Source: Candidatus Hadarchaeota archaeon (GTDB lineage Archaea > Hadarchaeota > Hadarchaeia > Hadarchaeales > Hadarchaeaceae). From it: 16,940 nt of DNA. The notes beneath the pieces were generated by a model. It was not told the DNA's origin, did not search any database, and was given only the letters and a program-made list of their open reading frames with translations. Below are positions 8,691-15,487 of this stretch, piece after piece. The position numbers were made by a program, and so were the translations under genes. The stretch covers positions 1 to 16,940 of the forward strand of contig JBFMBF010000026.1 of assembly GCA_040755315.1 (NCBI GenBank), in the 5' to 3' direction. How positions within the stretch are numbered: position 1 is the first letter of the stretch; each line of letters begins with the position of its first letter.

Positions 8691-10458
8691 CGACTTCAAC
8701 CTCCACGTCGTATGTCCTGTCGTAGTAAAGGATGTCTTTCACAGATGGGTCCTCTATGTTGCCCCAGATGTAGAAGCGGTTGTTGCGGTCCACGTACATC
8801 TTGGCTATGAACTCTATGACGTTGCCAGACCACATGCTGTTGTCCGTGTAGTCCGTGCCGCGCGGGCCCGTGCCGCTTTTAAGGATGTTTTGGTAGTACT
8901 CAGCCCACCACTGCATGCCCCCCTTGCTTATCGAGGTGTTCCACCTGTAAGTCATGTCCCTGGCGTAGTACTTCCACGGCCACTCGAACTCCGTGCGGAG
9001 TGTAATCATCACGTTCTCTCTGTTGGCTTCTGGATACCCGTCACCATCGCTGTCCTGAGGCACAATCTGGTAATCAGTGTTCTCCTTGATGTTGAGCTTG
9101 AGCTTGACCGGAGAGGAAGACTCGAATCTGTCCCGATTGACAATCCTGTACCTGTTCAGATTCACGGCTATGTTGTCGTGGTAAATGTCTATGTCGAGCC
9201 GTTCCCCAACTATGAGGCCCGGGTCTGAGATCATCAGGGTATAGGCCCCACCGTAAAGCTGCTGGAAGACGGCCCCGTGCTCGAAGACAAAGGAGGTGCT
9301 GGGATACCCGTAATAATTGGTATCGAACCTTATTTTTCCGTCCTCGACGAGCGCCCCCCAGTTGTCGTAGACGCGGGGGCCCGGCCTGGTCCCGTTCTCG
9401 TAGAACACGGCGAGGTATGGCTTTATGTAAGGGGGGTGGCCCGTGACCTTGTTCCCGGACTCATCCCCGTCAGGGTCGTAAAAGCTGAGGGGGTTCAGCA
9501 CCGGCAGCCCTGGACTTTCCGTGGAAGAAAAGCTGCCGTACCTTTCTTGGGTGGAGTCCTCCACCTTGGGCTTGAGCATGACGCTGATGTTTTCCACCCC
9601 GGCCGTCATCTGCTCTCTCACCCAGCTTGTGATGTCCCAGGTGAACCAGACCTCGTTCTCCTTTATAACGTGGCTGTCCTCGGCCAGCCAGCCGATGGAC
9701 TTGATCGTGTCTCCATAAGCTGGCTTGTTACTCCAATTTACTGTTTCCTCCCTCCAGCCCTGGTCCGAGACGGTCCTGACCTCGACATCTATCGGGACAT
9801 CCGGAAGGTAGAATCTGTCCACAGGCAATGTATTATCCCCAGCAGGATTCCACCTTGTGTCGTTCCAAGGCGCCGCCATGAACTTTGGAATGTTCTCGTT
9901 GTAGAGCGCAAGCCAGGCCTCCGAGACGCTGTCGGGGCTTATCCCGGCGAGTTCCGCGGCGCTGAACTTCAGTAAAACATACCTGTTTCTTTGAGACGCG
10001 CCTGATCTCCACGACCTGACCGACAGAACGTTTGTGTTGAAACCGTTCCCGCTATACTGGTCGACAAAAGCGTCCTCAATCGGCTGGAACCTCTTGGCCC
10101 ATCTGGCAGGGATCACCTCGATGGCGGTTAGGGGGCGCGGCGGGGGAAAAATCTGCGGGGGATCCGGGGACATTTTCATGGAAATTTCGGTGCTGGTCCG
10201 GCTGACTATGGCACTCTGGATTTTCAGGACGGTAGTGCGTAGCTCGTTTGTGTAGTCCGCCTCGCTGGCCTTTTCATAAGCCGGGACCACCTCCTTGACA
10301 TAGGTGGTGAGGGCCATCATAACTATGGACAGGGCGATGGCTGCACCGATTATTGGGGAAACGCCGCGCTCTTCCGCCCCTGATGGGACCAGCTTTGGCA
10401 TCAATCTAGCCTTTTTTTTACTGCCCAAAAGCATTTGGATTTTGGGCGACATCGGCAC
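8683..10458 (-). CDS. Minor pilin-like protein with inserted DNRLRE domain (~572-591 aa)
   Basis: EERG/VSPIIGAAIALSIVMMALTTYVKEVVP..EADYTNELR class III signal. DNRLRE motifs PIEDAFVDQ, RYVLLKF, WREETVNWSNKP, WDIT and FSSTE..PYLAVFY. Pilin-body motif GKIRF..SFVFEHGAV. Start uncertain (GTG 10458, ATG 10452 or ATG 10401). Confidence 0.85.
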   Translation of the reverse strand: MPMSPKIQMLLGSKKKARLMPKLVPSGAEERGVSPIIGAAIALSIVMMALTTYVKEVVPAYEKASEADYTNELRTTVLKIQSAIVSRTSTEISMKMSPDPPQIFPPPRPLTAIEVIPARWAKRFQPIEDAFVDQYSGNGFNTNVLSVRSWRSGASQRNRYVLLKFSAAELAGISPDSVSEAWLALYNENIPKFMAAPWNDTRWNPAGDNTLPVDRFYLPDVPIDVEVRTVSDQGWREETVNWSNKPAYGDTIKSIGWLAEDSHVIKENEVWFTWDITSWVREQMTAGVENISVMLKPKVEDSTQERYGSFSSTESPGLPVLNPLSFYDPDGDESGNKVTGHPPYIKPYLAVFYENGTRPGPRVYDNWGALVEDGKIRFDTNYYGYPSTSFVFEHGAVFQQLYGGAYTLMISDPGLIVGERLDIDIYHDNIAVNLNRYRIVNRDRFESSSPVKLKLNIKENTDYQIVPQDSDGDGYPEANRENVMITLRTEFEWPWKYYARDMTYRWNTSISKGGMQWWAEYYQNILKSGTGPRGTDYTDNSMWSGNVIEFIAKMYVDRNNRFYIWGNIEDPSVKDILYYDRTYDVEVEVVV

Positions 10459-10680
10459 AAATTACCTGACGGGGACTCTGCGGCGAAAACATCGCGAGGA
10501 ATGCCATCGGGGACATCGCTGCTTCCTGTTTGTCATCTCTGCTGTTTTGTCATACACATCTCAAGGACGGCATGCGCCAATCAGCCATTCCCACAGCGGG
10601 ATGAATTTTATCTTCTTTCCATGCCAGCTTGTGACGCTGCCCTGAAGCGATGCGGTGCAAAGTCATCCCACTGACCTCTG

Positions 10681-10702
10681 AAAAAATAAATAAAGAAAAA
10701 AA
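10681..10702 (-). terminator. Oligo-T terminator after the major pilin
   Basis: TTTTTTTCTTTATTTATTTTTT, starting 13 nt after the stop at 10715. Confidence 0.75.
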
Positions 10703-10714
10703 GTATAGTTGGCG

Positions 10715-11371
10715 TTATGTCTGGATCCAGTTGGAACCGAAGAGCCTTACCGTTCCGTATTGCGTGGTGAAGGAATCACCATAGCTGCTGACGGAGACAG
10801 TCCAGTCGTCGTCGTCTTCCCACAGAACCCTTGTCGACGATGCCACCTTTACGGCATTGTCAACGGTTTGCGCGGGGTACCCCAAAGTTGCACTTTTTAC
10901 AATAAGATATCCAACAGCTCCTTCCTCAAGTCTGCCCGCTGAAGTCACTGGAACGTAAACCTTGTATACGATGTTGACCCCACTCGCAACACTCCAACTG
11001 CTTTGTTCTGATACAGAACCAGCAGAATAGTTGGTCTGGCCCTTTGTGTCAGCCACGAATGGTCCCCAACCTCTCCTCGGCGAAGATAGCGTTATTGTCA
11101 ACCCTCTGTCAGCATCTCCAACATATCTCAAGTTCCCTGTCGTCGTGGAGAATGTTATCAAAACGTTTTCGTTTTTGAACTCCTCACCAGAGGTGTTGTC
11201 GGAATCGTAAATGTTCGCGCTTGCGGTCCCAGCGACTATCCTTGTCGAAGAAATGTAGAGGCCGGAAACATAGACAGCTATGGTTCCCGCGGCCGCCACT
11301 GTCACTGCAATCAGCAGAATCGTCGCGATAATCGGCGATATGCCCTTCTTGTCCCTTCTCAAACTCCTCAT
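10715..11371 (-). CDS. Probable major type IV pilin (archaellin/pilin N-terminal domain), 218 aa
   Basis: MRSLRRDKKG/ISPIIATILLIAVTVAAAGTIAVYV is a canonical class III signal. The gene has its own TATA, a strong AGGTGA RBS and a terminator. Confidence 0.9.
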   Translation of the reverse strand: MRSLRRDKKGISPIIATILLIAVTVAAAGTIAVYVSGLYISSTRIVAGTASANIYDSDNTSGEEFKNENVLITFSTTTGNLRYVGDADRGLTITLSSPRRGWGPFVADTKGQTNYSAGSVSEQSSWSVASGVNIVYKVYVPVTSAGRLEEGAVGYLIVKSATLGYPAQTVDNAVKVASSTRVLWEDDDDWTVSVSSYGDSFTTQYGTVRLFGSNWIQT

Positions 11372-11405
11372 TTTATCACCTACGGCTGAAACTCCGAAAC
11401 CACCC

Positions 11406-11420
11406 TTATAAAGGTTTTGG
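11406..11420 (-). promoter_or_regulatory. BRE/TATA promoter of the major pilin
   Basis: Minus strand CCAAAACC-TTTATAA, ~35 nt upstream of ATG. RBS GGTGA at 11380-11376. Confidence 0.7.
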
Positions 11421-11441
11421 CGGCGTTTTAGCGGCGTTTTA
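11420..11441. repeat. Tandem 11-bp direct repeat GCGGCGTTTTA x2 next to the pilin BRE
   Basis: Perfect copies at 11420-11430 and 11431-11441. Confidence 0.7.
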
Positions 11442-11580
11442 AAGGCCGAAACCCGCCATGAGCCAAATGGAATTTGCTACGCTGCCCAACCACGCGCAAC
11501 AGCTACCGGGATGAACGAACCATTTGCACGTTCATGCACGCGAGGAATGCGCCAACGGTGACTATAAATGGCCTCCCACC

Positions 11581-11643
11581 TGCAAAGCAAGCCCCCAACT
11601 TGACGCCCAAAAAGTATGCTCCATGAGCCGGGTATGACACATG
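11581..11643. repeat. Direct repeat copy 1 (63 bp)
   Basis: 55/63 identical to 13201-13263, with a 31-bp perfect core CAACTTGACGCCCAAAAAGTATGCTCCATGA. Confidence 0.9.
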
Positions 11644-11690
11644 TGGTGGGATAATACACCTGTCGGGGACGTGGTAAAATTACAGTGGGT

Positions 11691-12941
11691 CTAAAAATCC
11701 GGCCGGATGGCAAAGCGCCAGGCTGGCAAAATTTTGATGATTTTATTTCCAATTTTAAGTTCGTCTTCAACATCTTTGGATATAACGTATCCTTTCCTGA
11801 CTCCAAACGCGTTCATAAACTCGATAACGTTCTTCATGCCCTCTCGCGATATTTTTTCCTGGTACTTGACCTCAACCGGAGCGCCCTCATGGATGAAATC
11901 AATTTCCTTGCCGTCTTTTCTCCAGTAAAATTGGGCGTCCAAGTGGCTTCTCACCCAGCATTCCACCAACTTTGATTCATTGACGTCTTTGAACACACCA
12001 TATATTAGGCTCGGGTGGTAGGGATAAACCCTCCTCAGTTTTCTGGAGGCTGAGAGCCTGGAGCCCCTGTAGTTCCCAACTATCCTTATGAGATACCCGA
12101 ATTCCAGCAGCTTGGTGTGGAAAATCAAATCCTTCTTGCTTTTTCCCAAGTCTCTCGACAAAGAATCCATGTTCAGGTACATGCCGGGGTTGGAGAAAAA
12201 AATCTCAGTCAGTGTCTGGAGCAGGCCGATGTCCACGTTTTTGAATGTTGATGGAAAGTCCGAAAAAATCACTTTGTCCAGTACAAGTTCCCTGACGTAT
12301 TCAGCAACACGTTCGCCAGCCCATTCGACCACCTCCGGGAACGCTTTTCTGAGAAAAGCCGGGAAATTGGTTTTGAGCTTGTCTTCCCAGACCTTTTCTT
12401 TTACAAGATTTGTCTTGTACTTCAGTTCTAGAAACTCCGAAAGAGACAGGGGCTTCACCTCCACGTAAAAAGCCCGGCCGACCAGGTTTTTCCTGGCTTC
12501 TTTTTCCACCTTCAGCCCGGCCGACCCAGAAACGACGAACTTCACGTTTGGCAGGCCGTCGTAGAGGATCTTGAGCTCCTCGTGCCAATTCTTCAACTTG
12601 TAAATTTCGTCGAAGAAGACGAAGATGCGCTCCTTTTCGTAGTCTTTTTCCGTCATCATCGAGTAAGCGTCCAGGACTTGCTTGGCCTCGGCCACCTTCT
12701 TGTCGAAAGAGAAGTACAGGATGCTCAGAGGGGGTACGCCGTCCTCGATCAATTGCTGGATTAGCTGAAACATCAGCGTGCTCTTCCCGGTCCTTCTGAG
12801 GCCGTGTATGACGATGGCTTGCCGCTTCCCTAGGAGTTCCTTAAGCTCGCCGAAATATCCGCGCTTGTACTCCCGCGCAAATGTTCCCCTTACTTTGCCC
12901 TCCCTCCACCAGTGGTTCAGGAACCGTGTCACGTCCTCCAT
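11691..12941 (-). CDS. AAA_14 + DUF4143 ATPase (COG1373-like) with wHTH and C-terminal PD-(D/E)XK-like domain
   Basis: Walker A GLRRTGKS, Walker B IFVFFDEI, VVSGS..LVGR..VKPLSLSEF, an HTH-like segment LNMDSLSRDLGKSKKDL, and YWR..GKEIDFI..PVEVKY. Confidence 0.9.
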   Translation of the reverse strand: MEDVTRFLNHWWREGKVRGTFAREYKRGYFGELKELLGKRQAIVIHGLRRTGKSTLMFQLIQQLIEDGVPPLSILYFSFDKKVAEAKQVLDAYSMMTEKDYEKERIFVFFDEIYKLKNWHEELKILYDGLPNVKFVVSGSAGLKVEKEARKNLVGRAFYVEVKPLSLSEFLELKYKTNLVKEKVWEDKLKTNFPAFLRKAFPEVVEWAGERVAEYVRELVLDKVIFSDFPSTFKNVDIGLLQTLTEIFFSNPGMYLNMDSLSRDLGKSKKDLIFHTKLLEFGYLIRIVGNYRGSRLSASRKLRRVYPYHPSLIYGVFKDVNESKLVECWVRSHLDAQFYWRKDGKEIDFIHEGAPVEVKYQEKISREGMKNVIEFMNAFGVRKGYVISKDVEDELKIGNKIIKILPAWRFAIRPDF

Positions 12942-12949
12942 TCTTTCAC

Positions 12950-13006
12950 ATTAGTGTCTTTTTTGAAACGAATATTTAAATCTTTCGTTCCAATTTTTAC
13001 ACTAAT
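12950..13006 (-). promoter_or_regulatory. ATPase promoter (BRE CGAAAGA, TATA TTTAAATA at 12980-12973) centred in a 57-bp interrupted palindrome
   Basis: ATTAGTGT-N5-TTGAAACGAA-N11-TTCGTTCCAA-N5-ACACTAAT. The TATA is ~32 nt from the ATG, suggesting a near-leaderless mRNA. Confidence 0.65.
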
Positions 13007-13034
13007 ATACCGGGCCTGCCTGAGGTTGGGGTCT

Positions 13035-13189
13035 TTTTTTCGTCCACTTCTTCAGGGCTGTGCCTTGTCCTCCAGGTCGATTACTGTCGGGTTCCTGTAG
13101 GGGCGCTTCACATGCTTGAGGAAAAGTGGCAGCGTGCAATTTGCCACGGCGCCGTAGCCCATCATCAGGACCTTCTTGTCGAACTTCCT
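13035..13189 (-). pseudogene. hss: 5' remnant of homospermidine synthase (NAD-binding Rossmann start)
   Basis: KFDKKVLMMGYGAVANCTLPLFLKHVKRPYRNPTVIDLEDK resembles the HSS N-terminus. AGG sits where ATG is expected, after RBS-like GAGTGA. A frameshift continues as LKKWTKK, then similarity ends. Confidence 0.65.
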
Positions 13190-13200
13190 CAGTTCACTCG

Positions 13201-13263
13201 TGTAAAGTAAACCCACAACTTGACGCCCAAAAAGTATGCTCCATGAAGGGGGCATGACACATG
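13201..13263. repeat. Direct repeat copy 2 (63 bp)
   Basis: Exactly 1620 bp from copy 1, with 8 mismatches and no indels. Confidence 0.9.
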
Positions 13264-13289
13264 CGAGGAATGGCAGTGCGCTCTTTAAG

Positions 13290-13316
13290 AGGGAAACTAT
13301 TCAAAAAAGTTTCCCT
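13290..13316 (-). terminator. Hairpin with T-run downstream of atpD (terminator or operator)
   Basis: AGGGAAACT-N9-AGTTTCCCT has a perfect 9-bp stem. The minus strand contains T6, ~55 nt after the atpD stop. Confidence 0.45.
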
Positions 13317-13364
13317 ACAAATAATACTGCCCCCGCAACATTTGTTTAGAATTTTGCTGACACC

Positions 13365-14030
13365 TCAACCTCCGCTTTCCAACTTGCCCTCGCCGCCTCG
13401 CTCCTCCAGCATCGCCTTTATTCTTTTCAGGCGGGTGAAGTTCTCCCTCTCCATCTCGTCCAGCCTCATCAATATGAACTTCAGGCTACTTCTCAGGCCC
13501 GGGATTATTATGTACTCGAGGGCGTTCACCCTGCGCTTGGTCTTCTCCAGCTCCCCGGCGATTGCATAAGCCGAAGCCTCCAGCTCCGCCAGCTCCACCA
13601 GCGACTTGAGCGCCGATTCAAACTCCCTGGCGGCGGCGTCCAATCGGGATGATGTCATCTGGATGTTGTACCCTCTCTCAATCACATTTCGCTCAATCTT
13701 CCCCGCCTCCAGCTTGGGCACTTCAATACCCATTATGAACCTGGTCGATATCTCCATCCCGACCTCCTTCCTGCTCTCCCTCGCCGCCTCGGCCGTCTCC
13801 AAAGTGCCCATAGCCGCGAGGCACCTGACGAGCGCGCGGTGGGCTGTGGAAAGCTGCTGCAGCGACTTGGCCCTGGCCTCCTGAATCCTCCCGAGCACTC
13901 CAAAAAACTCCATGACGAGGGCGTCCATCTTCTCCTTCAGCAGGTCGTGGCCCTTGCTGGCGAGGGAAATCCTCCGCCGGAGCTTCATCAGCTCCATCCT
14001 GGTCGGAGACACCGTCAGAGCTAGCGCCAT
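13365..14030 (-). CDS. atpD: A/V-type ATP synthase subunit D
   Basis: PTRMELMKLRRRI..GHDLLKEKMDAL and ELEKTKRRVNALEYIIIP..LDEMERENFTRLKRIK. Confidence 0.97.
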   Translation of the reverse strand: MALALTVSPTRMELMKLRRRISLASKGHDLLKEKMDALVMEFFGVLGRIQEARAKSLQQLSTAHRALVRCLAAMGTLETAEAARESRKEVGMEISTRFIMGIEVPKLEAGKIERNVIERGYNIQMTSSRLDAAAREFESALKSLVELAELEASAYAIAGELEKTKRRVNALEYIIIPGLRSSLKFILMRLDEMERENFTRLKRIKAMLEERGGEGKLESGG

Positions 14031-14031
14031 T

Positions 14032-14367
14032 TCATCCCTCCTTCCTGACCACTATCTCGGCCCCCACCGTCCGCTTTATCATCTCGCTGAGCTCGTCAAA
14101 CTTCGGAACCTGCCCGCGCTTGTCAGGAATCCTCAGTATTACTGGGAGGGGGCCCTTCTTTCTCATGAGCTGTCGGAAGCCGGCGCCCATCTCATCGGCG
14201 ACCCTGTGAGTCACCAAAATCAGCCCGATCTCACTTTTGTTCATGAACTCCTCAAGCTTTGAAAGGCTGCCCTCGGCGGACGAGTGGACGTGGGAGTGGC
14301 TCACGCCCGCCAGCGACATCCCGAGCACAGTCTCGAGCTCACCAATCACGGCGATTTCATAACTCAA
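14032..14367 (-). CDS. atpF: A/V-type ATP synthase subunit F
   Basis: EIAVIGELETVLGMSLAGV..IGLILVT..PVILRIPDKRG..MIKRTVG, plus operon position. Confidence 0.93.
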   Translation of the reverse strand: MSYEIAVIGELETVLGMSLAGVSHSHVHSSAEGSLSKLEEFMNKSEIGLILVTHRVADEMGAGFRQLMRKKGPLPVILRIPDKRGQVPKFDELSEMIKRTVGAEIVVRKEG

Positions 14368-15487
14368 CTTTCGGCACTCTCCTGATCATCTCTTTTATCT
14401 CTTGGGGCTCGACCCCTTCGGCCTTCAGCCTGATCACCGCCCGCAGGTTCCTCACCTCGTTGTCCTTCTGGGCGATGTAAGAAAGGACCGGTGCTATGCT
14501 GAAGAACTGGGTGAACCCGAACCACTTGCACAGCTTGACGTACGATTCTTCGAGGGCCTTCTCGGCCGCGGCTGGACCTTTACTCTCGACTTCAGCCATG
14601 CACCCTTCAAGAGCCCTCGCCGGCGTGGTGATATGGATCATGTGAATGGTCGAACGGACATCCTCTGCCACTATCATTTCCCTGAGCATCGGCTCGGTAA
14701 GTTCATGCGACGGTTTTACAAGGTAGCCATCGATGTCCTGCCGAACCACATCCTCTGACTTCAGGCGGAGGATCAGGTTCACATTCAAGGAGTCAATCTG
14801 GAATCCCACAATTGGCGCCAGTATTTTCCTCTGGGCTTTTTTTGACTGGACATCAGCCCACAGGCTCGAGTAGTACTGCCTGTCTATGGCGGTCAGGATT
14901 GGAAGCAGACCCTTTATCTTGTAATCCTCAAGAGACCCGGAAATCACGCTGAAGTACTCGCTGCCCTTGAGGAACTCCAGCAGCCCATTGAAGTCGCCTG
15001 CCGACGCCAGCATCTCAAGCCTCTCCCTAGGCATGGTCGGCGAGGGGACAATGTCCTTGAGCCTGAGCTCTTTGGGGACGCTGTTGTGAATCATCGTGAT
15101 TATGGCTTTCAGGTTCCAGGCGTCCGTCCTCTCCAAAAGTTTCCGCACTGTTTTCTTCCTCTCGTCCGGCAGCATTTCCAGAAGCTCCCTGTACTTGGAG
15201 CTCTGGTGCTCATACAGCGCCCTCTCGACATCCGCAATGTCGGGGGCCTCGCTTTTCCTGACCTCGGTGGCCCAGAACCTATGCTCGGTATCCTCTAGGG
15301 CGGAAAGCAGAGCCTGGAGGTTGGGGGTGTCCGCCAGCTCCATCATGCGGGTTTCCGATATCAGCTTGGCCTCCCAGGCGCTCGCCGTGGCGTTGCAGAA
15401 TAGATAGTTCATGCTCCTTCTGGCGCTCAGGAGGACACCAATCAAGAGGACCGCGCTAAGGGCCAGCACGAATATTATTTCTATCAT
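14357..15487 (-). CDS. atpC: A/V-type ATP synthase subunit C (vATP-synt_AC39 family)
   Basis: NYLFCNA..WEAKLI, LEDTEH, DAWNLKAI, IDRQYY, IDSLN and LSYIAQKDNEVRNLRAVIRLK. ATGA overlap with atpE. Confidence 0.93.
   Translation of the reverse strand: MIEIIFVLALSAVLLIGVLLSARRSMNYLFCNATASAWEAKLISETRMMELADTPNLQALLSALEDTEHRFWATEVRKSEAPDIADVERALYEHQSSKYRELLEMLPDERKKTVRKLLERTDAWNLKAIITMIHNSVPKELRLKDIVPSPTMPRERLEMLASAGDFNGLLEFLKGSEYFSVISGSLEDYKIKGLLPILTAIDRQYYSSLWADVQSKKAQRKILAPIVGFQIDSLNVNLILRLKSEDVVRQDIDGYLVKPSHELTEPMLREMIVAEDVRSTIHMIHITTPARALEGCMAEVESKGPAAAEKALEESYVKLCKWFGFTQFFSIAPVLSYIAQKDNEVRNLRAVIRLKAEGVEPQEIKEMIRRVPKVEL

Noticed and set aside
10715..11371. Archaellin (flagellin) call
   Set aside because: N-terminus is ISPIIATILLI (pilin-type), not the GIGTLIVFIAMVLVAA archaellin signature, and no arl accessory genes are adjacent
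11600..11620. TTGACG...TATGCT as a bacterial -35/-10 promoter
   Set aside because: Spacing is only 9 bp and the context is archaeal
11477..11806. 109-aa ORF, and the first part of ORF 13052-13255, sharing SWSILFGRQV
   Set aside because: The shared peptide is just the translated DNA repeat. The ORF overlaps the ATPase 3' end and has no coding evidence.
11596..13246. 31-bp repeat core as a CRISPR repeat
   Set aside because: Only two copies, 1.6 kb apart, with no spacers or cas genes
11581..13263. Repeats as a DGR template/variable pair
   Set aside because: Mismatches are not adenine-specific on one strand, neither copy lies in a gene 3' end, and there is no reverse transcriptase in the window
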